64,000 nt of DNA from positions 1 to 64,000 of IMG/VR virus record IMGVR_UViG_3300022752_000052; one strand, given 5' to 3'. Positions 1 through 8,568 of this stretch are shown piece by piece. The position numbers and the translations under genes are program-made. How positions within the stretch are numbered: position 1 is the first letter of the stretch; each line of letters opens with the position of its first letter. Below the pieces are notes generated by a model, which did not search any database, was not told the origin of the DNA, and worked only from the letters and a program-made list of their open reading frames with translations. The DNA comes from an uncultured virus (IMG/VR IMGVR_UViG_3300022752_000052). Its lineage: Duplodnaviria; Heunggongvirae; Uroviricota; Caudoviricetes.

Positions 1-191
1 ACTTGATTCCATACTTTATGACTCACTCGATCCCCTACTTGCTCCCCTACTTGATACTCTACTTGACTACTTAATTGCTCCCATACTTGATTCCTCACTT
101 GAATACTTACTTGCTCCCATACTTGACTACTTACTTGATTCCTTAGTTGATACTCTACTTGACTACCTGCTTGATTATTTACATTCTTCAT
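1..191 (-). CDS. QVxx tetrapeptide-repeat protein (partial, runs off window)
   Basis: Read by hand: ATG at 191 gives MKNVNNQAGSQVEYQLRNQVSSQVWEQVSIQVRNQVWEQ...; start overlaps the TGA of the upstream paralog. Confidence 0.7.
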   Translation of the reverse strand, partial: MKNVNNQAGSQVEYQLRNQVSSQVWEQVSIQVRNQVWEQLSSQVEYQVGEQVGDRVSHKVWNQ

Positions 192-400
192 AACTTTACA
201 TTTTGTTTTACTTGATTCCTCACTTGACTACTTACTTGATTCCTTACTCGAATACTTACTTGCTCCCATACTTGACTCCATACTTGATTCCTTACTTGAT
301 AACATACTTTATTATCTACTTGATTATATACTCGATCACTTACTTGCTCCCATACTTGACCCCATACTTGATTCCTTACTTGTCCTTTTATATTCTTCAT
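188..400 (-). CDS. QVxx tetrapeptide-repeat protein
   Basis: MKNIKGQVRNQVWGQVWEQV...VKQNVKL with 12-bp periodicity; start placed at 400 by analogy with the paralog (ORF-track extension to 631 is low-complexity). Confidence 0.7.
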   Translation of the reverse strand: MKNIKGQVRNQVWGQVWEQVSDRVYNQVDNKVCYQVRNQVWSQVWEQVSIRVRNQVSSQVRNQVKQNVKL

Positions 401-445
401 AACTTTACATTTTGTTTTACCTGGTTTTCTAAATATTTCGCGGGG

Positions 446-900
446 ACACCACATAATACATAATCCCAGCATAACATATAATAATAATAATAAACATGAC
501 AAAGATACAACATTAAAATAACATATCCAAACATTAATAACAATAAAAAATAAAAACATCCAACATAACATTAATACATTTATACTATCATGTATACTAT
601 CATGTCCTCCATACATCATCCAATATAACATGTAATAAAGACATCAATAACAATAAAAATAAAATCATAATCAACATGATAGTAACATATAATGCAATAA
701 ATAAAAAATTAAATAAAAAACATGATAAAATAATATATCATTTATTTTACCATTCCCCTAAAATAAAATACCATCATGACAATCTTCAAAAAAATCATAG
801 TAACATGATATTCAATGAGTAATATAACATGAAATAAAAAAATAATACAAATAATGTCTATCCCATGTAAAAGCCATGTTGGAAATGATGTTAATTTATC
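446..900. other. G-depleted AT-rich non-coding tract
   Basis: 9 G versus about 36 C in 481-720; begins right after TTTCGCGGGG at 436-445. Confidence 0.7.
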
Positions 901-1201
901 GTAAAATGTGCAGCAGAAAATACGCTCTATAATGTATGTAAACTTGAAGTGCATTCCTAGTAATTGATGAGGTAATTGGTTGTTTGTGAGCCCCGTTTTC
1001 ACACCGAATGCCTTTATTTCGCACACAGAGGCCGTCTAAAAGACTCTAGGTGCAACCCTTCGTCTAGTTCCACCCACCATGAGAAGATGCAGCAGAATGA
1101 ACGCTACATGCCTTAAAATTGATTCTATGATGTCTATGGGAAATTCATTTTAAACACATATTTAATATTAAAAAAACATGCATAATGATGGATTTTTTCA
1201 T

Positions 1202-1260
1202 CATTTTGTGCATTTTTTAGACATTTTGTGCATTTTTTAGACATTTTGTTGTGCATTTTT
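1202..1260. repeat. 20-bp tandem repeat (CATTTTGTGCATTTTTTAGA, about 2.7 copies)
   Basis: Directly visible. Confidence 0.8.
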
Positions 1261-1282
1261 AAGGATTATCGATAAAAAATAG

Positions 1283-1448
1283 CATTGATTGTCAACGTTT
1301 TATGATTTTTTATATTTTTTTCAACATAGGGAGATAGAAAAAAATGCATTAATTCCATCTAAAAAGCATGTTTGAAAATATTATATCATTGACAATCAAC
1401 ATTTTACATTTTTTTTATATTTTTTTCAACATAGGGAGATAGAAAAAA
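1283..1448. repeat. About 61-bp direct repeat, 2 copies (1283-1343, 1387-1448)
   Basis: CATTGA-nnn-TCAAC...TTTTTATATTTTTTTCAACATAGGGAGATAGAAAAAA in both copies. Confidence 0.8.
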
Positions 1449-1450
1449 GA

Positions 1451-1485
1451 AAAAAGGGCCGGATTATAACTTGGCCGGCCCTTTT
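1451..1485 (-). terminator. Intrinsic terminator
   Basis: AAAAGGGCCGG...CCGGCCCTTTT hairpin just after the stop of 1489-1677. Confidence 0.7.
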
Positions 1486-1488
1486 CCG

Positions 1489-1677
1489 TTAGATTAAAAT
1501 TAGTACACTTGCAATTAGGGACAAGCTAGATACAATTAGGAGCCATCCTGGTACATTCTTTTCCCATGCTGATGATACTGATCCGGATGGTTCTTTTGAT
1601 GCTAAGATTACAACTCCCATGATTCCAAAAATAAGTGCAATAACTGATAATAAAACAAAAACACTAGTTGATAACAT
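1489..1677 (-). CDS. Small two-TM membrane protein
   Basis: Two hydrophobic stretches in 62 aa. Confidence 0.65.
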   Translation of the reverse strand: MLSTSVFVLLSVIALIFGIMGVVILASKEPSGSVSSAWEKNVPGWLLIVSSLSLIASVLILI

Positions 1678-1742
1678 GATTAAAACATTTATTGATTGAG
1701 AATAAATACTGATTTTGGCTACGTTTTACTACCGGAGTTGGT

Positions 1743-2135
1743 TTAGAACGGTAAGTCATCATCGGATAGTAGAGAATCGGATGTATTGGACAAGCTGGCT
1801 ACCTCAAATGAATCATCGAATACATTTTCTTTAGCTTTCTTTTCCGGAGCTTTGTACGCTTGTTTGCTTGTGGCATCGTCTTTCTTATATGTGTCGATGC
1901 TTATTGCGTGCGTTCTTAGCTTTTCTCCTTCTTTAATATCTTTTAGGGGCCATGCGATGAGGGGTATGTATTTCTTTCCGGTCTTTTCCGACTCATATAC
2001 AAACTCCATAACTTCCGGATCCTTCATGCACATTTCGAACAGGTCGGTGATGCAGAGGTTCATTCCAAAGCCGGTCGAATCTTTTGTGTTTATCAACCTG
2101 CCGTTTCCTACAAACTTTTTCTTTTTAGCTTCCAT
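1743..2135 (-). CDS. Putative ssDNA-binding protein-like phage protein
   Basis: GKKYI motif, disordered linker, acidic C-terminal SDDDLPF tail typical of SSBs. Confidence 0.55.
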   Translation of the reverse strand: MEAKKKKFVGNGRLINTKDSTGFGMNLCITDLFEMCMKDPEVMEFVYESEKTGKKYIPLIAWPLKDIKEGEKLRTHAISIDTYKKDDATSKQAYKAPEKKAKENVFDDSFEVASLSNTSDSLLSDDDLPF

Positions 2136-2151
2136 GATAATTTTTGGGGGG

Positions 2152-2484
2152 TTAACCTTTTTTTATTGATAATTTAAACTCTTCTATGCCCTTAGCAACC
2201 TTTTTTGTGATCCACGGGAAAAGCTTACCGTTCTCTAACATGTCGAACCATTCAATCTTTTTTGATGGTCTATGAATGGCTGCAATGTATGTCATGTGTG
2301 TTTTGACTGCCGGTTCATAATCACCGGTTATAACATACAATTCTATTCCGTCTGTTTGAAGTCGTTTACCGCAGTATCTAACACCGTTCGCAATGATAGA
2401 CATTTCATCGTAACATCTTTCTAATATGTTAGCCGGTATATTACTATTGTTATTCATATTAGATGTCGTTAGAATTATTTTCAA
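2152..2484 (-). CDS. Hypothetical protein
   Basis: 110-aa ORF in minus-strand operon. Confidence 0.7.
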   Translation of the reverse strand: MKIILTTSNMNNNSNIPANILERCYDEMSIIANGVRYCGKRLQTDGIELYVITGDYEPAVKTHMTYIAAIHRPSKKIEWFDMLENGKLFPWITKKVAKGIEEFKLSIKKG

Positions 2485-2788
2485 TGTCTTTATTCAAGGT
2501 ATACATGTAGTGACTTTTTAAAACGTATGTCGCTACTCCGTATTCTTCTTCCTGTTGCTTCATTACTTTTAGTTCTCGTTCTTTCTCCTGTATTTTTTTA
2601 GAGTAAGTGTAATTCTTTTTCGTTACCTTAGTTATTGTTACTTCTTTTGTTGATATGGATGATAAGTCGATATCGCTTATCGCCTCCGATATTTTTTCCC
2701 TAAGATCCGTTTCTTTTTCTTTGAGAATCTTTTGTTGTCTAATGAGGCTACCAACCTGGTTTATCCATTCCGTTACTTCATTTTTCAT
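2459..2788 (-). CDS. Coiled-coil hypothetical protein (paralog of 18566-18865)
   Basis: Shares K..Y.YSK....E..LK..K..E...G.ATY pattern; TATCTTTG promoter upstream at about 2809-2816. Confidence 0.75.
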   Translation of the reverse strand: MKNEVTEWINQVGSLIRQQKILKEKETDLREKISEAISDIDLSSISTKEVTITKVTKKNYTYSKKIQEKERELKVMKQQEEEYGVATYVLKSHYMYTLNKDIENNSNDI

Positions 2789-2937
2789 AATTTCATTTAT
2801 TTATTTGGCAAAGATAAAACATTCTATTGATATATGCAACACCTGGTCAAAGTTTTTTTCGCATAAATTTTTCCCATCTATCCAGGATGCGTTCTTCAAT
2901 TTTCCGCGGGGCCATTTTTTTCAGCCCCGCGATTAAT

Positions 2938-3348
2938 TTATGCCGGTAGGGTTAATATACCTTTACATGATTTATAATATTTTCCTTTTTCAGAATCTAT
3001 TTCTATTTCATGATTTATCTCATTTATGAATTCTGTAAGTTTTGGAACTTTTACATTTTCAGATACTTTCTCCATGTAATTTAAAAACACTTTTGTATCT
3101 TCTTCCGTTTTCAATAAGAATGCCTGCATGTTCTTTTCTTCATCTTCAAACAATGGAAAGAAGAATACATTTGTCACATCTTCCGGATCTTCTAGTAACA
3201 GGTAAGCCGTACATAAATAATTTGAATCTGGGAATGTTTTAATAGATGTAATGACGTTATTGAATATAGACATCTTATTATCTATGGACTCTCCTAATGA
3301 TAATGAATCTAATGATATGAGATCCTTTGTTTCTAATTTTTTAGACAT
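2938..3348 (-). CDS. Hypothetical protein
   Basis: 136-aa ORF followed by GCGGGGC...GCCCCGC hairpin at 2906-2930. Confidence 0.75.
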   Translation of the reverse strand: MSKKLETKDLISLDSLSLGESIDNKMSIFNNVITSIKTFPDSNYLCTAYLLLEDPEDVTNVFFFPLFEDEEKNMQAFLLKTEEDTKVFLNYMEKVSENVKVPKLTEFINEINHEIEIDSEKGKYYKSCKGILTLPA

Positions 3349-3362
3349 GTTGTGAGATGTTT

Positions 3363-3716
3363 TTAATTTGTTAGTAAAAAGAACTTCACCGCCGAAATTA
3401 GGTCCCCGAAATTCTTGTAGTGGCCTCCTTCAAAGTAGTATCGTTTTTTCCTGTCGTTGTAAATCACTTCCTCTTCCCGGCCGTTAAAGGCTACTACAAG
3501 GTTATCCTGTTTCGGTTTGATGAAGGTTAGCATGTGATTTAATGTCTCTACGAAATCATCATGTCTGCTAACAATTACGTATTCGAATTTGTTTTGATCA
3601 GGCACAAAGAAAACCGTGTTATTGACTATAGAATAAATCGGGCAATCTGTACTATCCGTTTGGCCGTAAGATAGTAAAGATACGAATAATAAAGCACATA
3701 AACTAATTTTTCTCAT
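3363..3716 (-). CDS. Secreted hypothetical protein
   Basis: Signal-peptide-like N-terminus MRKISLCALLFVSLLSYG-Q. Confidence 0.7.
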   Translation of the reverse strand: MRKISLCALLFVSLLSYGQTDSTDCPIYSIVNNTVFFVPDQNKFEYVIVSRHDDFVETLNHMLTFIKPKQDNLVVAFNGREEEVIYNDRKKRYYFEGGHYKNFGDLISAVKFFLLTN

Positions 3717-3805
3717 ATAATTTTTTGTTTGTTTTTTAAAAGGAAGACAGGATAACCGGAGAGATTAGAGCCTGTCTTCTAAATGCACCACTTAAACTTT
3801 GCTCT

Positions 3806-4801
3806 TTATAAACCGGTCTGTTCTAATATTTTCCGGTGTGTTGTATTGTCTATCGAATCATACCATTTTAAAAACCGTTTGATCCCTTCTCTATATTTTA
3901 CTTTTGGTTCGTAACCTAGATTTTTCAGCGGGGCTACATCAGATGCAGTAAATAAAACATCTCCGTCTTGCATCCGTTCAAAATTCCGCAGGGCCCCAAT
4001 ACCAATCTCCTCCTCCAGGACATCAATAAAATCTAATATCTTAATACTCTCATTGCTACCTATATTATATAACATGTACTTGACATCCGTTTCATTTTTA
4101 ATCACAATATTAATCCCATCAATAATATCATCAATGTAAGTAAATTCTCTAAACATCTCTCCATGATTATAAATGTCAATAGGAATCTTATTATAGATGT
4201 TATATGTAAATTTATAAACCATCATATCTGGTCTACCCCATGGACCATACACTGTAAAGAATCTAAGACCTGTAGTACGCATGTTGAACAAATGACTATA
4301 TACATGTGCCGTCAATTCATTCATCTTCTTAGTCGCTGCATAAAAGGATACTGGCCCATCCGTTCTATCATCTGTACTAAATGTCATATCCATGTTATCT
4401 CTCATTCCATATACACTTGAACTAGATGCATACACTAAATGCTTTACATCATATTTCTTACATGCTTCTATAATGGTTAAAAATCCCTGGACATTTGATC
4501 GGGCATAGAGATCCGGATTTTTAATGCTAGATCTCACTCCTGCCTGGCCCGCAAGATTTATAACCATGTCAAACTTGTGAAGAGAGAATATAGGTTCTAC
4601 CTGATCCCTGTCTGCTATGTCTACGTTGTGATACTCAATGCCCTTCGTCTTATGCAGGTTATCCAATCTCATTCTATTTAATAACCGGGCATCGCTTCTC
4701 TCAAAGAAGTCCACACCTATCACTTTGTGCCATTGGGTTAACATAGAGTGTGCTAGATGACTGCCTATAAATCCTGCGACGCCCGTTATTAGTACTTTCA
4801 T
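3806..4801 (-). CDS. NAD-dependent nucleotide-sugar epimerase (UDP-glucuronate 4-epimerase-like SDR)
   Basis: TGVAGFIG, LAGQAGVR, ASSSSVYG, YAATKK, GLRFFTVYGPWGRPDM. Confidence 0.92.
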   Translation of the reverse strand: MKVLITGVAGFIGSHLAHSMLTQWHKVIGVDFFERSDARLLNRMRLDNLHKTKGIEYHNVDIADRDQVEPIFSLHKFDMVINLAGQAGVRSSIKNPDLYARSNVQGFLTIIEACKKYDVKHLVYASSSSVYGMRDNMDMTFSTDDRTDGPVSFYAATKKMNELTAHVYSHLFNMRTTGLRFFTVYGPWGRPDMMVYKFTYNIYNKIPIDIYNHGEMFREFTYIDDIIDGINIVIKNETDVKYMLYNIGSNESIKILDFIDVLEEEIGIGALRNFERMQDGDVLFTASDVAPLKNLGYEPKVKYREGIKRFLKWYDSIDNTTHRKILEQTGL

Positions 4802-4814
4802 TTTAGTTATTTTT

Positions 4815-4842
4815 TTGTAGTCAGGACAGATTCTAACCTGTA
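4815..4842 (-). ncRNA. Degenerate tRNA-like 3' half (T arm + acceptor strand)
   Basis: ACAGG-TTAGAA-TCTGT-CCTGACT-ACA; same 3' end as the elements at 5101, 5230 and 9540. Confidence 0.4.
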
Positions 4843-5100
4843 AGAGTACACGCCCTCTTAATTATTTAAAATTTAATATATAAATGTTTCTAAAAATCCA
4901 AAAAAACTAACACCCTAATTTATCCAACTTACAGATGTTATGGCTGTCCCCCTAGACAAGGGGTTAGGAATAGTCATTTCGTCCTAACGAGGTCGGGTTG
5001 ACACCCCCTGACGTTCTCCCTATACGTCAATGTACGTACCTATACAGTAATCACTCTGTTTCATCATATTAGGCATACTATCTGGTGATTAACCAGAACG

Positions 5101-5175
5101 TGTGGTCAGAATAGGATTTGAACCTATATTATCAAGCTATTACCCCTGAGGTGTTACCAATTTCACCACCTGACT
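5101..5175 (-). ncRNA. tRNA-like RNA with non-canonical 8-nt anticodon loop
   Basis: AGTCAGG-TG-GTG-AAATTGGTAA-CAC-C-TCAGG-GGTAATAG-CTTGA-TAAT-ATAGG-TTCAAAT-CCTAT-TCTGACC-ACA. Confidence 0.65.
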
Positions 5176-5229
5176 AACCCCTTTGTTTATCTTCAGAGAA
5201 CGGGTACTCTTGCACAACATTTAAGCTGT

Positions 5230-5264
5230 TGGTAGTCAGGACAGGATTTGAACCTGCCCCGACC
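5230..5264 (-). ncRNA. tRNA minihelix (acceptor stem + T arm + NCCA)
   Basis: GGTCGGG-GCAGG-TTCAAAT-CCTGT-CCTGACT-A-CCA. Confidence 0.6.
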
Positions 5265-5274
5265 ATTTTATTTA

Positions 5275-5544
5275 CTAAGAAAACGGTCTATGCACTATGT
5301 CTCCCTTGTCTTCTATGGAGAGCATTACATAAGCATCATCCTCACACCATGAATTCCAACCATCGTACCAATCATCTTTTGTGTAGTTAGTCCACTTAGC
5401 TGACCTGTCTCTATTTATTTCATCTAAGACATCTTCTATATACCATGTTAATTCTTCATTAGATATAGGGTCTAACATAGTGAATACAAAATCATTGACA
5501 TTTCTGCCTGGTAAGAAATCATCTAAATACTTGAATATTGCCAT
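5275..5544 (-). CDS. Hypothetical protein (acidic, Trp-rich)
   Basis: 89-aa ORF, EINRDRS..W..Y..DW..GW pattern. Confidence 0.75.
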   Translation of the reverse strand: MAIFKYLDDFLPGRNVNDFVFTMLDPISNEELTWYIEDVLDEINRDRSAKWTNYTKDDWYDGWNSWCEDDAYVMLSIEDKGDIVHRPFS

Positions 5545-5572
5545 TTTTTAAGTTTTTCGCGGTGACTAATAA

Positions 5573-6199
5573 TTAATATTTTTTACAAGAAGTTAGAATT
5601 TCATGACACAACTCTTCTGGAATTCTGCTTCTTTCATAAGAACCCTTCCTTCCTTGAGTTCCTGTCTTTGAACCTCTAGGAGCAGGGGTATGGTGACATT
5701 TCTTATTACCATTTTTACATATTGGTCTAGGAACCCAATCTTCTGAATTAGTCCATATATCTGTAGGCTTCGCTCTGTCGTCTCCGTACTGGCAATACCA
5801 TACTGTATGTCTTTTAAATTCTTGCATCCATGGCATCTTTCTTAACATGCCTCTTGGATTCTCTATGAAGAAAACCATGTTAGGATTAATCTCTAACCAT
5901 TCCTTTATCAATGATATGAAATGTTGATTAGTGATGTCGCACTCGCTAGCGTACTTGCTCTTCGGCTCTACGCCATTTCTGTGAGTAGATATAGCAGCAA
6001 TAGTGTATGTTGTACAATCTGGAGATGCCCAAATAATATCTGGAACAAACGGAACATCTTCTTTCTTTAGTTTTGAAATGTCTATCTGCAAATCAATACC
6101 ATCAAAGTTTTCCCAATCAACAGAGAATACGTTCATGTCTAATTGAGCAGCAGCTTTGCCAATAGACTTACTGCCTGCGAATAATTCTAATACGTTCAT
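5573..6199 (-). CDS. Short C5-cytosine DNA methyltransferase-like protein
   Basis: Motif I LELFAGS, catalytic WASPDC, motif VI IENP, YCQYG...KPT; little or no target-recognition domain. Confidence 0.8.
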   Translation of the reverse strand: MNVLELFAGSKSIGKAAAQLDMNVFSVDWENFDGIDLQIDISKLKKEDVPFVPDIIWASPDCTTYTIAAISTHRNGVEPKSKYASECDITNQHFISLIKEWLEINPNMVFFIENPRGMLRKMPWMQEFKRHTVWYCQYGDDRAKPTDIWTNSEDWVPRPICKNGNKKCHHTPAPRGSKTGTQGRKGSYERSRIPEELCHEILTSCKKY

Positions 6200-6228
6200 C
6201 TTTTAGTTTAGTGGTTAATAATATGATA

Positions 6229-6285
6229 CAAAGATAGGGGTACCGGATCTACTATACAATACCCCTATAGTTAATTTTTTGTTAA
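6229..6285 (-). promoter_or_regulatory. Bacteroidota-type promoter inside a palindrome (family P1)
   Basis: TTG-N20-TATCTTTG with upstream TTAAC boxes. Confidence 0.7.
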
Positions 6286-6482
6286 TTAGCGTAGATGTTT
6301 GTATTCCTTCTAACTTCCTTGCTAATCTTGTAAGTACCGAAGTAATGCATTTTAGCCTTAGAGAGCAATCGTATGGCCTCTTTTTTAGTGTAGGCAGTAA
6401 CACAAGCGGCACCACAATAAAAGCCATTAGAATCAATCCTTGTGCCATTTAGGATAGCTACCCATTCCTTATTATTTCTCAT
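6282..6482 (-). CDS. Hypothetical protein
   Basis: 66-aa ORF directly after the stop of 6484-6777. Confidence 0.6.
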   Translation of the reverse strand: MRNNKEWVAILNGTRIDSNGFYCGAACVTAYTKKEAIRLLSKAKMHYFGTYKISKEVRRNTNIYAN

Positions 6483-6483
6483 A

Positions 6484-6777
6484 TTATTTTTTATAGTTGT
6501 TTAAAAATTCGGTGTACACATGGTCATACAATACTTCATCGGAATCATCTAAAATATTCATGTCAACATTCTCTACAATCTTACATGTCAATGCATCCAA
6601 ATTTTCCATGATAGACTCAAATGAACCCATCATGTGAGTAAATAGTAGGACATCTTTAGCATCTTTTGTTCCAAGTTTTTCTGATGTCTTATCGTCCTCA
6701 TTCATGATTTCATTACAGATGTTTGATACATGATAGGAAACAATCTTGAATAAATAAGAACTTCTGTCAATGTTCAT
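6484..6777 (-). CDS. Hypothetical protein
   Basis: Start moved to MNIDRSS (6777), downstream of the promoter at 6810. Confidence 0.7.
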   Translation of the reverse strand: MNIDRSSYLFKIVSYHVSNICNEIMNEDDKTSEKLGTKDAKDVLLFTHMMGSFESIMENLDALTCKIVENVDMNILDDSDEVLYDHVYTEFLNNYKK

Positions 6778-6809
6778 TTTTTTTAGTTTAGTGGTGAATA
6801 AATATAGTG

Positions 6810-6866
6810 CAAAGATAAGGGTATCGGATATACTATGCAATACCCTTATCGTTAATGTTTTGTTAA
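6810..6866 (-). promoter_or_regulatory. Bacteroidota-type promoter inside a palindrome (P1)
   Basis: TTAACAAAACATTAAC-GATAAGGGTATTG-N20-TATCTTTG. Confidence 0.8.
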
Positions 6867-7102
6867 TCTTCGTCCTCGTCGGAAAGGGGAACATATCCTT
6901 CCTCATTTTCTAGAGCATCGGTAATTGAATACCATATCTGCTCCATGGTCGCTCCGTTGGTAAGAGCATCATTTAATATTCTATGAGCATCTTCCACACT
7001 TGCTCCCTTGTGTAAGGATTGTACGTCCTCAATGTGCCATAGGTTATCAACAAAGTAACCATGGTCTCTTAATACCTTTTTTGCATCTTCTACTGCGTCC
7101 AT
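6863..7102 (-). CDS. Hypothetical protein (paralog of the C-half of 7470-7910)
   Basis: DAVEDAK.VLRDHGYFVDNLWHI shared. Confidence 0.8.
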   Translation of the reverse strand: MDAVEDAKKVLRDHGYFVDNLWHIEDVQSLHKGASVEDAHRILNDALTNGATMEQIWYSITDALENEEGYVPLSDEDED

Positions 7103-7129
7103 TTTTTTTTTAGTTTAGTGGCGATTAAT

Positions 7130-7369
7130 TCAAAACAATATTATTCGAGCATCTCTTTCGGTTATATAGCCAACCTCTAAGGCTATGTCACAACCATTCT
7201 CTAATGCTTTCAAAAGGTCTTCGTAGGATTCGCATAGTCCTTCGCTTAGGTCGTCATCTAGTACATAGATAGAGCCGTCGAATAAACCTGACTGATAAAC
7301 TTCTTTAGCTTTATCGGTAATCAATAACCATACAAAACCATCAACAATTTTAATTTTTTGGTTGTCCAT
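7130..7369 (-). CDS. Hypothetical protein (paralog of the N-half of 7470-7910)
   Basis: MDNQKIKIVDGFVWLLITDKAKEVYQSGLFDGSIY identical; start moved to 7369. Confidence 0.8.
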   Translation of the reverse strand: MDNQKIKIVDGFVWLLITDKAKEVYQSGLFDGSIYVLDDDLSEGLCESYEDLLKALENGCDIALEVGYITERDARIILF

Positions 7370-7401
7370 TTTTTTTAGTTTAGTGGTGAATAAATATAGT
7401 G

Positions 7402-7458
7402 CAAAGATAAGGGTATCGGATATACTATGCAATACCCCTATCGTTAATGTTTTGTTAA
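7402..7458 (-). promoter_or_regulatory. Bacteroidota-type promoter inside a palindrome (P1)
   Basis: Near-identical to the 6810 copy. Confidence 0.8.
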
Positions 7459-7469
7459 TCTCCGAATTC

Positions 7470-7910
7470 CTAGAAGATGTTCTCATCTTGGAAGTACAAC
7501 TCAATTGCATCAATAATTGCTAACGAGATTTGATCCGTGATATCTTCGTTGGTAAGAGCCATTTTTAAAATCTTTTGAGCATCTTCATCGCTAGCCTCCA
7601 TGTAGTTAAATTGAACATTCTGGATATGCCATAGGTTATCAACAAAGTAACCATGGTCTCTCAATACCTCTTTTGCATCTTCTACTGCGTCAGTATTCCT
7701 AGACCGTCCGATTTCTATTGCAATTTCAAGACCTCTCTCTAATGCATCAATAAGTTCTTCATAGGTCTCTATAAAGTCTGTTTCTACATCGTCATCATAT
7801 AGCGCGTAGATAGAGCCATCGAATAAACCTGACTGGTAAACTTCCTTAGCTTTGTCGGTAATCAATAACCATACAAAACCATCAACAATTTTAATTTTTT
7901 GGTTGTCCAT
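7470..7910 (-). CDS. Two-domain hypothetical protein (fusion of the two neighbouring paralogs)
   Basis: N-half matches 7130-7369 and C-half matches 6863-7102. Confidence 0.8.
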   Translation of the reverse strand: MDNQKIKIVDGFVWLLITDKAKEVYQSGLFDGSIYALYDDDVETDFIETYEELIDALERGLEIAIEIGRSRNTDAVEDAKEVLRDHGYFVDNLWHIQNVQFNYMEASDEDAQKILKMALTNEDITDQISLAIIDAIELYFQDENIF

Positions 7911-7941
7911 TTTTTTAGTTTAGTGGTGAATAAATATAGTG

Positions 7942-7998
7942 CAAAGATAAGGGTATCGGATATACTATGCAATACCCCTATCGTTAATGTTTTGTTAA
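7942..7998 (-). promoter_or_regulatory. Bacteroidota-type promoter inside a palindrome (P1)
   Basis: Identical to the 7402 copy. Confidence 0.8.
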
Positions 7999-8483
7999 AA
8001 GGGTAAGTTGGTATTTAGAATGTTAAGACCTTCTTCTCTCTTCTGCTTGCATAGGTTTCTTAAGTAATTAGAACCTTGCTCAGTCATTAACAAGTCTTCT
8101 ATTTTTGTACGCTTACCGCCTACAAGTACTTCAAGCAAATTGTAGAAGTTTTCTGTACCAATACATAACCCCTTACTAAAATCCTTTTCTCGTTTTTTCT
8201 TATAATAGTCTTTTAACCAAGAATTGAACAGTTCATCTACTACATTCTCTACGCTAGGCTTACCTACATAATTATCATTGTCAGGAAGAGTTTTACAGTA
8301 AGACTCCATTTGGCCGTACAACTCTCTATCGCCTATACAATAACAGTAGGTATATCCCCCCATTCCATCATTTTTACAGTACCCTACTTTCTTTCCGTTA
8401 AAGAAAACATTTGCTTGGAAACAACAAGTCTCTTGTGAATTCCATTCAGAGAATTTAACACTCTTTAATTCAATCTTATTCAT
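7995..8483 (-). CDS. Hypothetical phage protein
   Basis: SQET.CF.A.V..NGK.VG...NDG.GG pattern; own promoter at about 8515. Confidence 0.8.
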   Translation of the reverse strand: MNKIELKSVKFSEWNSQETCCFQANVFFNGKKVGYCKNDGMGGYTYCYCIGDRELYGQMESYCKTLPDNDNYVGKPSVENVVDELFNSWLKDYYKKKREKDFSKGLCIGTENFYNLLEVLVGGKRTKIEDLLMTEQGSNYLRNLCKQKREEGLNILNTNLPF

Positions 8484-8568
8484 TTTTTTAGTTTATGTGG
8501 TGAATAATATAGTGCAAATATATGGGGGATATTTGAGAAAGTCAATACCCCCCTATTTTAATTATTTC

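Noticed and set aside
1..400. Diversity-generating retroelement TR/VR or CRISPR
   Set aside because: It is a 12-bp coding repeat; variation is not adenine-specific and no reverse transcriptase is present.
401..1026. ORF-track proteins 188-631 (N-terminal extension) and 742-1026
   Set aside because: Probably by-products of the skewed low-complexity tract; no recognisable protein features.
905..1110. Possible ncRNA (GC-richer patch, GCAGCAGAA-N3-ACGCT twice)
   Set aside because: No convincing fold or family could be supported by eye.
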